In this document: positions 1-14,003 of the stretch, piece by piece | Layout: each line of letters opens with the position of its first letter | How positions within the stretch are numbered: the first letter of the stretch is position 1 | DNA from: Utricularia gibba | Taxonomy: Eukaryota > Plantae > Magnoliophyta | NCBI GenBank assembly: GCA_002189035.1 | Contig: CM007989.1 | Coordinates: 558,001 to 622,000, forward strand | Reading direction: 5' to 3' | Length of the DNA: 64,000 nt | Position numbers and translations under genes: made by a program | The notes under the pieces: model-generated | Databases searched by the model: none | What the model saw: only the letters and a program-made list of their open reading frames with translations | Told to the model about the DNA's origin: nothing

Positions 1-2
1 AA

Positions 3-101
3 GTTCATTTCTCCCAATCCCAAGCCTCTAGGTTTCTTGAACGCCTGATTTCAGATGCAGAGGAGCTCAACACATGGGACATACGACGAAAGCTTGCGTG
101 A
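3..101 (+). CDS. Possible 3' end of an upstream gene (partial; VHFSQSQASRFLERLISDAEELNTWDIRRKLA*)
   Basis: Open frame from the window edge to TGA at 99-101, followed by AT-rich sequence; no family recognised. Confidence 0.25.
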   Translation, partial: VHFSQSQASRFLERLISDAEELNTWDIRRKLA

Positions 102-177
102 TAAGAATCAATAAGAAAAGGAAATTAATTAAAACTAATTTTCCATAATGATAAATACATGGGTCATGATTTTAAAC

Positions 178-230
178 GGCCAGCCAAAATAGTTACTGGG
201 CTTAGGCCCAATAAGGTCTAGGCCCATAGA
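178..230. promoter_or_regulatory. Cluster of site II (TGGGCY/RGCCCA) motifs upstream of the first gene
   Basis: tgggct, aggccca (x2) and ggcccag within ~50 bp; established motif of plant housekeeping promoters. Confidence 0.5.
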
Positions 231-540
231 ATGGGGTCTTGGACCGATCGCGCTTCTTTTCCATCCTCCATAAAATTACGAAAGCTGGAGAAAGTAATGG
301 AATTTATCAAAAAAAAAAAAAAAAAGGCTGCTGCTGCGGCCGTCGGAATCGGAAGGGGAGGAGTAGGGATTTTGGGAGACACGTAGGTAATCAGGCTTTT
401 GTCCTCTTTTTGAACTTTGGGTGAGCTGTTGGCTAGTTTGTTGAGCTGGGAAGCTTGTGGATTTGAATTTTAGGGATACGTTTGTGAGTGTTTTCTCAAT
501 TTGTAAGCCAATTTTTGGCAGGAGATTGTCTACTTTAGGG

Positions 541-2345
541 ATGCTTCAGTTGTTTTTAGACGAGACGACCTGGGATGATGATGAGTTCCTTGTGGATAAA
601 GCATCCCCTCTTGAGAAGTTAGAATCAGTACTATGGTCTTTGATGACGGCAACCGGATTATCTGAAGCTCGTCTCTGGCTCTGTGATACACTATCCGCCA
701 TAACCTCGATCAGTCGTCCAGGCCAGCGAGACTTATTCTTGAAGCTATTGAAATCTGAGACAGTGAAGCTGCAGTTAGCACCGCAAGTTCTGCAACTGAT
801 TTTTGAGAAACGACCACAAAAACTGGGGCCAGTAATAGCGAAGAAAAGTCGCAAGCTTGTGAACTACTTTGAAGGTTAGTCATCATGTTGTTTCATATTC
901 GTTTTATTGCACCTCCATAGTCTGCTTCTAGTTTGTCTTGAACAGATTTGATTACCTCAGTAGTAGTATCTGTTTCCTTCATCAGGGAATCCAAGGCGTA
1001 TATTGCAATGGTTTTCAAGTTTTTCATCTAGTGGTGATGTGGGGCATGCGAAGGGTGCCAGGGCACTCTCCCAGTTTGCTTTTATAAATCGTGATATATG
1101 CTGGGAGGAACTTGAGTGGAAAGGTAAACATGGACAATCACCAGCCATGGTGGCAACAAAGCCTCACTACTTTCTTGATCTGGATGTTCAACGAACAGTT
1201 GAAAATTTTCTAGAGTATGTGCCTGAGTTTTGGTCATCTGATGAGTTTTCTGAGTCGTTGATGGATGGTGACATTTTTTTGACTGATCCTAGTTACTTCA
1301 TCGATTTCTTCATTGACTGTATGTATGAGGAGAAACTACAAGAGGTTTGGGATGTTATAGAGGAATTTTTAGTGCAGCAACCTTTTGCATTATTGTGTCA
1401 GCACCTTCTGATCGGTCTACAGGAGCAAGGGTTGCGTATTTTCATAGATTCGATTCCAAAATATCTTGAGGCGAAGTCAAAATCATCGAAGTCCAGACCT
1501 GCCACTGAATGGCTAGAGATTATTATATCCAAATTTCGTGATTCATTGAACTTCGATAATCTGCTTCTACTGAATGCATTGACTAATCAAAGCCGACAAC
1601 TTATCAGATTTGTCAAGGAAGAAGGGAGTGATGAAGAAAAGGGAAGGATAAAGGAATTGGCCCATCAACTATCTGAATTGTCTGGCAATGTCAAATCCTC
1701 TTTACCAATACTCAGAGAAGGTCATGTTGTAAAAGCATTAGAGTCAGTAAAGAACTTTGGCTTGCTTTCATGGGCTATACACTTAAGGTTATCAGAAGAA
1801 TTTGTGACCTCAGCATCATGGGAATCCGCTTTTACTGGCAATGGTATCAAATATGTCAGATCTGAGCGATACAGTTTACCTTCAGATGATCCAAATGATG
1901 ACTATGAATCACAAAATGCTGTAGGCTGTTCCATGAGCACCAAGCACAGGAAATTCAAAGGACAAGGAAAGAAAAGAAAACTAAGGTCTAGTCCTGCTGC
2001 AAGCTATGAGGATGACCCAGTCGACTCCACATGGTCAATGGAAATGATTGATTTGCAGGCCAAAGAGGGCGACTGGCTGCTCTCCATTGATGGATATTCT
2101 ACTAGATGGAACATCGTAAGCACTTTTTCCTTTATACCCCCACAAAAGTTTTTCTTTCCATCGTCCCTGGTCACAATGCAGCAACTTTTAGTAATCTCTT
2201 ATCTATCTCACCCTCGGGTTGTGCAATTATAAATAGTTTTCATCACTTTCCTTTTGTGTAGAAGGATTTGCCTGAACACATTTCACGCCATTGCTTTACT
2301 ACATGGTGGAGTTGGCTGTTTCCCATGCTGGAGATTGCATCCTGA
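541..2345 (+). CDS. Conserved plant protein of unknown function, 3 exons (~541-874, 986-~2114, ~2265-2345)
   Basis: ORFs 457..879 and 1003..2232 join in frame across a GT..AG intron (GAAG|gttagt ... atcag|GG). Last exon DLPEHISRHCFTTWWSWLFPMLEIAS*. From memory resembles Arabidopsis At5g48340. Confidence 0.75.
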
Positions 2346-3501
2346 CCGCCCGCAATCCATCTAAACCAAACTCTGAGGAATGAAACCCCCCCAGACTGAG
2401 CTTATGCAGCCTCGTGGAAAACCGGTTTCATGGTACACAGATGTAATTCCCAACAACAATCCCCTTGATGCCTTCTTATTCCTGCATGCTAACATGTAGG
2501 TCGGTTTATGCTGATTGATGTTGATATATTGGTTTTTTTTACCACAGAAATCTTGATATGGAACCAGTCGATGAATGAAGGGAACCAGCTACAAGAAAAG
2601 AACAGGGCAGAAGCATTGAATGATTATTGGTAACATGCGGTGCACCTTTCAATTATTTGGCATCAGGAGAGCAGCAGACCCATCGGGGCCTGTCTCTTAC
2701 TAACTCCCTCGCAGGATTGTTGCCGCTTATTGCAATATGGCCCCATCTACTCTCATATAATACTACACTTTGCACCCTTCTGCTATTTCCAACAGTCGAA
2801 ATGTTCCTTATTTTTTGTGAAAAAATGCTATTCATTTAAATTTTATTTTAATTTACCCAGGAGCAGTAAATGCGAATGAGCAGTTCCAGTACCAGCTATA
2901 AAAGAGGCATTTATAAATCGAACTGAAGCTTCCAAGTTTTCACCTTCGCCCCTGCCTCCGTCGAGTTTTCTGCCGACAAGGGTAAATTATTTGTCAGTTT
3001 TCATTGATAGTAGTAGTTTCCAACCACTTCACCATATAGTTTAACCGAAAATTTTGCTGTGAAAAAAGTTTTATAGAAGTTATGGAGGAAGTCGGAGGAT
3101 GGTCCGGTGGATCGGAGTAGCTCCAAAAATACTGTGAAGTGTTTATTTCAATTGTGAAAAGGGGAAGAAGAAAAAGCGGAAGTTAATTTGGTAGCTCGCC
3201 GTCGGCGGTCGACCACTTGTCTTCCTGGACCTTAAAGTGGTTTCAAATATGAACTCTGAGCTCGCGGAGGCGTGGAGGTGGAGAGATTCTTGAGCCCACT
3301 CTTCGCTGTTCTATAATGCAAGACATAAGTGAACCCCATTTGTTTGTCCATAGTCCACATTCCTCTTCTTGAAGCTTTAATTCCCTTTTCGCCAGATGCT
3401 ATTTGCTTTCTGTCGAGCCCTGACTGATGAAAAGCTCCAGATTTGAAAAGGGTTTTTGGATCCAGGGTTTCTTGTTGGAAGACTGATTGCAGTCGATCGG
3501 G

Positions 3502-5101
3502 ATGGGGGTGTTGACGGAATCTTGGTGTTTCTGTGCCGGCGGTGGCAAGTCGGAGAAGATGAAAGCTGCAATTTTTACGGGAAAGTCTCCGGCAATGGCG
3601 AGAATCAACGGCGGGTATACGGGGTTCTTGATCCACCGGCATCTGCTACTCACTACCCACGCTAATTTACCGTCTCCTGCTGCTGCTGAAGCCGCCGAGA
3701 TCTGCCTCCCTAACGGCATTCACGCGTGCCTTTTTCCACACAGGTCAGTTACTTAACAGGTGAATGATTCACTACTACATCGTTACTCATCAGCATTCAA
3801 CATGATTCAGGTTCTTCATCACAAGTTCTGTCTTGGATCTCACCATTGTGGGGCTCGATGTAATGGAAAGAGATTCCAATCAGCATCTGCATTACCTGAA
3901 ATCATGTTCAAAGCCAAATCTTGATCTGGGAAGGGCTGTGTATCTCTTGGGATACTCAGATAAACAGGAGCTGGGAGTTGGTGAAGGGAAAGTGGTAGTT
4001 GCTACAGATAACTTGATCAAGTTGTCAACCGAAGGTGTGATCTGGAGTCCTGGTTCTGCTGGTTTCGATGCCGATGGACACCTTGCCTTCATGGTTTGTG
4101 ATCCCATGAAGCTTGCAACATCTCCCAATACGAAATCCTGTTCGGCATCATCACCTCCTCCTCCTCCTCCTCCATCTTGGAAAAGGGATCTCCCAATGCA
4201 GTTTGGTATCCCTCTCCCCATCATTCTTGATTGGCTGAATCAACACTGGGAAGGCAATCTTGATGAACTTAGCAATCCCAAACTTCCCCTAAAGCGGTTG
4301 ATGAACAATGACCTCTCCTGTGGATCTTTTACTATGAGGAGTGTCTTCAAGCCCACTGAAGAGAATGAAGGGACACCAATTGAGAATGTACTCTTTTCAA
4401 ATGCTTTGGAAGATGATGCAGTAACTGGGGAGAGGAGAAATGATGCTCATGTTTCTGGGATCCCAACTCCGGAGATATACGAATCTCCGAAGCTGATTTT
4501 GACCCCGAAGATAGCAGCTGCGGCTACCCAAATTCAGCTTCTGGATAACAATTTCCCACCCAGAATGCTTCCTAAGCCTAGAGATGCATCGACCGCAGAA
4601 CAATCAAGAAAGGTTCCAATTCCAATGCCAGAAGAAGAGAATTGGTGTGAGAATGAGCCTTCAGTCCATGTTGAATCATCCACAGGATCAGTGAACGGCG
4701 CCCAGAACGACGTGCAATCAGATTCCGACATTTCAGCCCCCCGGCACGATGAATACAGCAGCGAAGGGGAAACCACAATGTACTCCGCGGAGACAGCTGA
4801 AAGCAGGAACTTCCCAAGCCCCAGCCCAGGAAAGCTGCTGCTTCACAACGTGGGGAGAAGCCAGAGCTGCGTCAACTACCCAAGATGGGGATCGGTGCAG
4901 AGATGCTCTATAGCTCCAGGGACGATGCCGGAGAAGCGCCGGAGCTTCCCGCAGAGCCGCAGAGTGCACTCACAGGGCACAGCCGCTCACGATTACTTCA
5001 CCCCCACAGTCTCCTCCATCATGAAGAAGAAGAACAGTTTGGAGCTACAGACGAGAGCACGGCGAAGCGCGGTGCATGCCTCCCCGAGATGGATGTTTTA
5101 A
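3502..5101 (+). CDS. Trypsin-like peptidase domain protein with long low-complexity C-terminus, 2 exons (3502-3743, 3811-5101)
   Basis: MGVLTESWCFC start; GFLIHRHLLLTTH; a 67-nt GT-AG intron joins in frame to RFFITSSVLDLTIVGLD; WSPGSAGFD motif; ends HASPRWMF*. Confidence 0.8.
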
Positions 5102-5348
5102 TGCCCACGCCATCCCATATATTCCCATCGCGGTGGCTTCTCAGATCCTCATTCTTTTCTCGCATACATGTAACTAATTGATGAAGAACCGCCCCCAGCC
5201 AGCACCGGCCCGGCCCGCTCCGGACTGGCCCAACTTCAAATCCCCTATATAATAAATGATTTTTCCTCATATCATGCTATATTTGATAGATATTGTTAGA
5301 TATAAAATATTAATAAGTGTACTAAATTTTACATTTTTTAAGGTATAC

Positions 5349-5580
5349 AATTAAGATTTGATATCTTTAAAAAATAAAATTTATCAAATATTAAAAATTT
5401 GAGATTTTATGTTTATAATTTTTTTTGGTAAAAAATACGAGATAAAAATGTATAAAAAATGAAAATTAAGATTTGATGCCCTTAAAAAAAATAAAATTCA
5501 TAAAAAACTAAAATTGAGATTTTATTTTTCTAAATTTAAAAATATATAAAGTTTTTCTAGGAAAATACGATACATAATTA
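5349..5580. repeat. Degenerate AT-rich direct duplication (period ~115-130 bp)
   Basis: ttaagatttgat...ttaaaaaa.ataaaatt...gagatttta occurs at ~5351 and ~5467; aaaatacga recurs at ~5432 and ~5562. Confidence 0.4.
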
Positions 5581-7798
5581 TTTCTAAAAAATGATAAGAA
5601 TGTAATTATTTTTTTATCAATCAAAATATATTATATTTTTATTACCAATGACTCTTTATTTAAGAAAAAAAGAAATGGTGATCTGGGCCCCACATATTCA
5701 CATTTCACTCACACATACTTCGGTTTTTATTTACGTAAAATAGTGATGTGACTATTTGATAATATTTATAATAAAATAAAAATAGTGACCCGTCGCCAGT
5801 ACTGTATGTAATCTTGGCAGGACTGGTGCCGTGAGTGGCGCTCCTTGTCTTCGTGTTGTCCGAAGCCTCCCCTCACGTGTCCCCCGCCCCGCTCCTCTGC
5901 ACTGCACTCTGCTCACCTCAATTCAAATCACGCTTATGGATTACTAATTAATTCTAACAACTGGATGGATTTCATTACATCCTTGTGTAAAAGACCCAAT
6001 TATTCGTGTGTTTTCTTGTGCAAAAGGCAGACATGCACATGCAATAAAGGGGAAACACACACACCCACACAAAAACAAAGCAAGAAACCACCCCTAAAGC
6101 ACAATTGCCTGGTCTCTTTCCCCCTTATAAAGCTGCTATAGTGAACGTTTCCTCTACATCTTATCCTTCCTCCACATGATCCCCTCATACACATGAAAAT
6201 TGAAAATCGAATGACTAATGGACATAATCTCGTGCCGAAACCTACGAATTGTGACTGCATCACAACTTGTTAGAGTATGTTTACTCGTTTTCGAAAACGC
6301 TAACATGACATTTTTAAAAATTGAGTTATTAGATTTCTTTTATTAAGTTTTCGTTCTGTTTCTATCAATTTTTGAAAACCTTAATATTAAAATAAATATT
6401 ATAAACTTCATTTTAAATCATTTTCACAAGAAAACCGAATTTACTCATTTTCATTTTCGAAAAAAATGAAACAAATTTACTCATTTCCGAAATAATTACC
6501 TGAAAATGCCACATCATCATTTACATAAAACAAGTAAAGATGATCTTATAACGAATATCAGATACAAAAGATGGGTGGGGTGGGGTGGATCGCATGGCAG
6601 AAGTAAGACAGAACTCATGTAACTACTAAGGGTCCCTAATGTAATGCCAGGGCGACCCCCCTGGTGCACTGGACCGGGTTGCAGGGTACTACCCCACAAT
6701 CATTTGTACGGGCCCGGTCTCCCCCTTTTAACTCCGCCCAACGGACAACTCCTCCCAAAAAAATAATATTATATTAATTAAAAGAATAATCACACTTCAT
6801 GTCATTGTTTTAAAAGGATGGCTCAAGTAGGAGTTACATCAGGTTTAATTCGAATCTATGGTTTTTTAATATTTTATTTAAATATAATTAATGAATACTA
6901 TTCAACATATTAAAGTTCTATAGGAAACAATTACTAATGGAATGTTTGGAATTATGGAATTAGTATGAGAAACAGAATTTAATTTATTTAAATTAATGAA
7001 GTAAATATAATATAATTTATAAACTATTAAAAAAATTAAATAATTTAGACGTGGACGGGTTGTACGGAGACAGGGAGAGGGGCGTTTTGGTCATGGAATG
7101 ACGATTTAATAGTTTGTTTATTTATCACCCACCCCCACCAGCGCCCTCTGAGCTGGAGCCCAACACAATAATTGCATTCCCTATTTTATCTTCTTATATT
7201 ATATACTAATTAATAGTTACCAATCTAATGGATGCTTCGATTTTGTATCTCTTGTCTAGTACATGCGCAATTTACGTGTGATAAGTTCAAAATGGCATGT
7301 TCAAATTTCTTAGGGTTTTGGTGGCGTTAGTTACTATTCAGGGCTTTCAGACAAATCGGACACGTGACTAGTTTATTACTGTGGAATGGTGCCATAATTT
7401 GCGTTTCAGTTTGTCCCGTAACACGTGTCGCTCAATTATTGGCGACATGCTGATGAGTGTTGATCATGTTCATTAACCATGTGGTGAGTACATCCTATTC
7501 GTCTTTATGCCCTCAGAAGTAATTTTGTAATTAAAATAATTTGATTTGGTTGCTTTTGGTGTTCCTAGTTTTGTGCTTTGACTTAGTTTTCTTTAATATC
7601 GGGATTTATTTTGAATAAAAGAAATTAAAAAAAATTTCACTGGAATTTGGTGTTGGTATTTGACGTAAGAAAAAGGGGGGTGAAGTTGGGTGGGGAGTCA
7701 GTTTCTAGCTTTACGGACAAATCCTATGCGTTTAGTTTGGGAATCGGCTTCATTTTTCGTCTCGGCGGAAACGGGAACAAGAAACCGGAGATAAAAAA

Positions 7799-10700
7799 AT
7801 GCCAACTTTCGCCGCCTTTCTTCTCTTCTTGCTGTGCTTCCACTGCGCCGTCGCTAACCGCCGGATTCTCCACCAGCCCTTTTTCGCGGGGAGTCATTGC
7901 CGCAGGGGTACTCCCCACCGCCTTCTGTTTATCCATTTCCTGCCTCTGATTCTCAACCTGACAGTACCCCATTTTTCCCATCTGATACCTCGGCGCCGCC
8001 GCCGCCATTGCCGGCGACCTTTGCCTCCTTCCCAGCTAACGTGTCGTCGGCGTCTTTCCCGCACTCACCGGGGGGCAAATCTCCGTCGTCGAAGCTTATT
8101 GCGGCTGCCGTTGCGGCTGTTGTCGCTGCTGTGGTCGTCGTTTCCGTTGCCGTGTTTCTACAAGTGCGTAAAAAGAGCGGAGGTGATAGATCGCCGTCGG
8201 TGGAGCAGGTTAAAATTCGAAGATCTGATGGGGATTCGCCCCACCGACCTCCGGATAGACTGCCGTTACCGAAGCTTCAAAGGCCTTCACAGACTAGCTC
8301 GGAGTTCTTATACTTGGGGACTTTGGTGAATTCTCACGGCGGAGGCGGTGGTTTTGCCTTTTCCGGAGCCAATGGTGCACTGAATGATGATTCTCACATA
8401 CGGCGGATGGAGTCTCCGGAGCTTCAACCCTTGCCGCCTTTGAACACGCGGCAAAGCACCGGTAGAAACTACCGGAGCAACGCAGATGCTGCGACGGGTG
8501 ATGATGATGAGGAGTTCTATTCTCCAAGAGACTCCGTGAACGGCGTCGAGAGTAACATCGGAACGGGATCATCTTCTAGGAGGGCTTTTTCTGGTGTTCG
8601 GGTGGAGAACATCAATGTGTTGTCTACTTCTAATTCCTCCTCCATTTACTCTTCAACCACAGCCTCTGGATCGGCTTCAGGATCGCCGGGAAGGTCAGGA
8701 TCGTTGAGCCTATCGCCGGAGCGCAACCCAAGTCCCGGAAATTCGATTCCCAAATCTCCTGAATTGATTGAAATTCAGAATATTGCACCACTGCGCCGTC
8801 AGACACCTCGAGCTAGAGTAATGGTGTCTCAGGGATCTGCTTCCCCTTCCCCGCCTAGTTCATCTTCCCCCGGTGGATACTCCAGGCGAAGCGATGGATC
8901 ATCGCCTAGAGTTTCAACGAGTTCAGATACCAATATGGAGGCTCCGATTTCACCAAACTATCCTTCTAACCCAACTCTTCCTGCGAACCACCCCGTTTCT
9001 GCGTCACTGCCGCCGCCAACTCCCCCTGCATTCCCCGTTCTTCCTCCACCGCCGCCCCCTCCGCCCTTCAAGGCAACCGAGTTCCTCCGTGATAAAATGC
9101 CTGCCCTGAATCGCAAAGCTGTTGAGACTTCATTGTCTGTGGAGTTGCCTTCTGGCGGCTCTAGAGCTGTTGAGAACAATTTCAAAAAAGAATCACCATT
9201 GAACGAAGTGGAGCTCCCAGCCGAAGAGACGGACACAGATGACCATATTTTTTCTAAACCAAAGCTAAAGCCGCTGCATTGGGATAAAGTACGTGCTAGC
9301 TCTGATCGAAAAATGGTCTGGGATCAACTCAAGTGCAGCTCATTCAAGTATGATCACTGAACTTCAAAACTTTTTCGAAGCTTCAATTGCAATGGTTTGC
9401 ACATGTTTGAAAACTCGTTTTGCTGAGTACGTGCAGACTGAATGAAGAAATGATTGAGACACTTTTCGTTGCGAATGCCCCAAATGCGACTCCAAAGAAG
9501 CCCGCAAGATGGCAGGTTATTCCTCCGCCTGGGCAAGAGAGTGACCACAGTGTTCTTGATCCTAAGAAGGCCCAAAACATTGCAATTCTGTTGAAAGCAC
9601 TCAATGTGACAGTAGATGAAGTTTGTGAAGGCCTCATGGAAGGTACTTTTATGAATCGTCTTCTTCATTTTGATGTTTTTTCAATGTATCTGGTTTTTGT
9701 ATCCAACCTATAACTTCATTTTGCACTTGAACTCAGGCAATGTGGAGACTCTTGGAGCTGAACTCCTTGATGGTTTACTGAAAATGGCACCCACGAAGGA
9801 AGAAGAGCGAAAACTCAAAGAATACAATGATGCTTCTTCTCCTAGCAAGCTCGGGGCTGCTGAAAGGTTTTTGAAGGCAATCATTGATATCCCTTATGCC
9901 TTCAAAAGAGCGGAGGCAATGATTTATGTTTCCAACTTTGAATCTGAAGTTGAGTACCTCAGAAAGTCATGCTCAATACTGGAGGTACTCTCCCATACAT
10001 TATTGAAAATTTGTCCTGAATGTTTTTTCCCTTGAAAATTTCTTTAATCATTATGAAGTTGATGGGCAGACATAGACTTTTCCTGACGTTATACCCTTCA
10101 GTAGAAAGGTGCAGCCACTTTCTGGCTGAAAACTAAACCACAACTACATGAGCTTGTGTCTGCATAACTTGTCTGATAGAGACGTGATTGGTGAACATGC
10201 AGAGTATTCTGTAGCAGGATTTTCCTGCCGACAACTCCCTTTGCATTTCTTGCATATTTCAACTTTTTCTATTGAAAGCTGACTGTGTTGAGTGTGCCTT
10301 GGATTTATGTTTTGGTGACTCCTGTGTTGGTGGTTTGTATGAAACAGGCTGCTTGTGAAGAACTGAGAACTAGCCGAATGTTCCTTAAAATCCTTGAAGC
10401 TGTTTTGAAGACTGGAAACCGCATGAATGTGGGAACGAATCGGGGAGATGCGCATGCTTTCAAGCTTGACACTCTTCTCAAGCTTGTTGATGTCAAGGGA
10501 GCTGATGGCAAGACAACTCTTCTGCACTTTGTTGTTCAGGAGATCATCCGCTCCGAAGGAGCTCGTCTTTCTGACAGGGCGCCATGTGAGAATGCAACTC
10601 TTATTGATGATGCAAAATGCAAAAAGATCGGCCTCCAAGTAGTTTCTGGGCTGGGTTCAGAGCTGTCCAATGTGAAGAAAGCTGCCACTATGGATTCAGA

Positions 10701-11151
10701 AGTTCTCAGCGGTGATCTCTTCAAGCTGTCTAAGGGGCTTGGAAGTATACACGAAGTTGTCAGGCTAATCTCTGCATCCTCTTCAGATGAGAATGGCAGC
10801 CATAAGTTCTGTGATTCCATGAGCAACTTCATGAAGAGGGCTGAAGAGGATATCATAAGGGTCCAAGCTCAAGAAAGCGTTGCTCTATCTCTAGTGAAGG
10901 AAATAACTGAATATTTCCATGGGAATTCAGCCAAGGAAGAAGCTCATCCCTTCAGAATTTTCATGGTCGTGAGAGACTTCTTAGCAGTTCTTGACAGAGT
11001 ATGCAAGGAAGTAGGCATTGCAAATGATCGAACCGTGTTAAGTGCAGCCAACAAATTCCCAGTGCCTGTTAATCCTATGCTACAACAGCAAATATCGTTT
11101 GCATTCCAGGATCGAAAGCTGAACTCATCCCTGGGAGACGAGGGTCCTTGA
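7799..11151 (+). CDS. Class I formin (signal peptide, TM, FH1 polyproline, FH2), 4 exons, with an apparent 1-nt deletion at ~7888-7891
   Basis: [29 protein letters not shown] signal-peptide start is in a different frame from the 7897 ORF (TM segment, [24 protein letters not shown]). FH2 motifs [51 protein letters not shown]. Confidence 0.92.
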
Positions 11152-11451
11152 TTCAGCTTCATTTTGGAAAAGGCTGGAGGCTGTCGTGGCATACAAGGAG
11201 TTGGATCTTCGGCTCCAAAAAGAATCAACTTGACATTTTGATATCTCCCTGTAAAGCATATTACTCGGAAAATGCCTACATAAACACAGGCTACGTTTGC
11301 CCTGATTATTCATAGAGTGAACAGGCAAGCCTATGCTGCAAATGGAAGTAAATTATGTATCAGAAACTAGATTAGATTAGTACTTTGATGGCCACTCAGA
11401 AGACTATTCATTGTTTGGTTAGTAACCTCGTGCAAGAATGCAGCAGACTCT

Positions 11452-13052
11452 CTAGTGGATCTTGGCATGTCTTGTCCTGCTTTCTATGGAATCTTCATCC
11501 ATGCGGTGGATGATCCTCCGAGCTTCTTCCTCTGTTGCAGGAACCACCTTTCTAATTCTATGCTTGTTGGTGGCCTTTGCCTCCGGTTTAACAGTGAATA
11601 TGAAGCAAAACGTATTCGAAACCTGCAGCAAAAAGAATCATTGACACTTCATGTATCACATATAATGTAAAACACTCCCACCATACCTCACTAGACCTGA
11701 GTTCAGGTCTTGTAACATGCGCTACGACCTCAACGTGGATAAGAGGCTGGTCGGAGTTCTGGTTTTCAGTGTACAAAACACAAGACTTGAACCGCAGGAA
11801 GTCACCAACATCTACCTGCATAGCAGTAGAAAAACAGTACCCTGGGTTTCAGTTCATTACATGGTGCAACGGTTGAAAATAGCATCCATAAAGAAAGCTC
11901 ACTGGTCTGAGGAAATCAACATGATCTGCTTCAAGAAATGAAGGCATCATCCCTGCAAAGGTGTAGGCAGTCGAGAATGCCAACTCAAATGCTCGATGCA
12001 TTAGAAATCCACCGAAGATCCGACCATGAATGTTCCTTTGCTGGGGTTGGCAAATCAAGGAGTTCTCAAGGCTGGTGTCTCTTAACAGAATGCTATCCCG
12101 ATCTGCTAAGGCGGGCATGTCACAGAAAATCCTACCCTCAGTCAACATTGATTCATATCTTTTTCCACTGTCACCACCATTCTCTGTTTGCTGTCCATCA
12201 TCTCTTATCTTTCTTTTCCTTAACTTGCCTCGAGCTTCAGCAGCTTCGTACAGCTGTTTCTCTCGCTCAGTTTCTGGAACCAACCGGTTAACTGGAGCAG
12301 CTTTACCGGTCTTGTAGTCCCGAGCCACAAAAATGAAGTTTGCAGTAAGGGCTATGGCATCACTGCCATCTTGATCTGTATCAAAAGTAAAGCTTTAGGC
12401 CACTCTCAACAGATTCACAATTCTGGTGAAGTGAACAAGATACCAGATGCTTGTTGGGTAATGTCAAGCTGAATCTCAATAGATGATCGCCCAACCCAGA
12501 TAACAGCTCCAGTGATTTGCAAATCAACATCAATACTGATTGGTTTCTTAAGCAGCATTTTATCAACAGACGCTGTGACTAAATAGAGTGGTCTAGTGGT
12601 ACTATCAACATCTGAGCAATGCTACAAAACGAAGAAGGGAAGCATGAACTCCATTTTGAAGTCAACCCAGAAAATGAAATTTGAAGTATTACCTTGACAG
12701 AAATGGTACCAGCCAGAGCATCAAGATCCTCAAGCAATTTCCCAATTCTGACCCCATTCCAAGGATCCCTGTACTGCTCCCTGAGTATAAAATCACTAGA
12801 AAAATTGTACACGATGGCCATCCTGCTCTCCGAGGGGAACTTGGTGAGCAATTCACTCTGCGGAGGCGCATCAAGTGGGGGATCAAGAAGCCTCTCAAAG
12901 GTTTTCGTTCGTGTTTCCCAAAGTGCAATCGTAACAGGAGAATGGTACATCCCAGGCCATAAACTCAGGGGCTTTTTCGTTGAAGAACTCGAATCATCGT
13001 CATCCATTGGAGAAGTGAAACTTGAGAATATGGGTATGGGATTGGGTTCCAT
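11452..13052 (-). CDS. Hotdog-fold acyl-CoA thioesterase (ACOT9-like), ~5 exons
   Basis: KPLSLWPGMYHSPVT, YRDPWNGVRIGKLLEDLDALAG, QQRNIHGRIFGGFLMHRAFELA, HVDFLRPV; last exon VSNTFCFIFTVKPEAK...VVPATEEEARR..KIH* read from the reverse strand. Confidence 0.9.
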
Positions 13053-13188
13053 CGTCGTTCAAGTTCGGAGCTTTTCCAGATGGGTTTTCGTGTGGTCAAC
13101 AGATTCAGTTACCAAAGTGTTGGAATTTGGAGTTCAGTAGAAAACAAGTTTGGGCAGAGGCGTGAACGTGATGTGGAGGTGTAGAAGT

Positions 13189-13330
13189 TCTGGTGATAGT
13201 GGTTTTCAGAGTTGAGGAAAGGAAATGACCACTTGAATATCTGGTGATAGTAATTTCGAGGGTGGATGAAGGGAAAAGGTCTCTTGAAGATCTGGTAATA
13301 GTGATTTTGGGAGTGGAGGAAGAAAAAAGG
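13189..13330. repeat. Three imperfect tandem copies of a 51-bp unit
   Basis: tctggt(g/a)atagt starts at 13189, 13240 and 13291 (period exactly 51). Confidence 0.8.
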
Positions 13331-14003
13331 GGAATGATGCAAATTGCGATTGCATTGCACGTGCCGGGTGCAGGCGTATATACAAACCCCACAACACAAA
13401 TGGGGTATGCAGTTCGCTGTCTGGAGAATCGTTATCCACTTGACACAAACCCTCGTTCTTCTCCCCGGGGAATGGCGTGAAATTCTGCTCCTTTCGGAGC
13501 AGTTGGTCCCAATACGGTAGTCGCTGCACCGCCGCGCGGTTGGTAAGCGTCGTAATTTTTGTGTTTCCGGTTGCCTTTTGTGATGCGTCGTCCAGATCAA
13601 GGTCTTCTTTTTGAATTACTTGTTGTGGACTGCATATCTTGTAGTGGGTGCAGATATGGGAAATTTTGTGTGAGGAATGATGATTCTAGCTGTTTCTTCA
13701 GTTGGTTTTGTTTTGGTTGGCTTAATGACAAGATATATGCAATTAAACGTTTTTTTTTCTTGCTTCTAAATGTTTGAACCTTTGGGTGCATTATATTCTT
13801 TACTGGGCATTCAAACTGCATGCCTAAAAGGAGAAATTGGATGATACGGTATTGCTTTATGTTTTTTTGACACGCGTTGTTTCATGAACTTGTCATTTGT
13901 GATGAAGTATTGTTTAATACTGCTACTGCTGTATACATTGATCCACTCTCAATTGCAAGTGATGGGCTTCTGATGTGGTTGTGTAGCATTGAGATTCGCC
14001 GTC

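Noticed and set aside
5556-5570. ttctaggaaaatacga, similar to the shared leader core
   Set aside because: In an AT-rich intergenic duplication with no flanking similarity and no downstream gene start; treated as chance.
6273-6483. Possible degenerate MITE (gagta..ttttcgaaaa termini)
   Set aside because: Inverted repeats are gapped and there is no matching TSD; may be AT-rich noise.
6817-6860. tRNA/SINE-like A box (TGGCTCAAGTAGG) and weak B box (ATTCGAATCT)
   Set aside because: Spacing is too short, the B box has several mismatches, and there is no cloverleaf.
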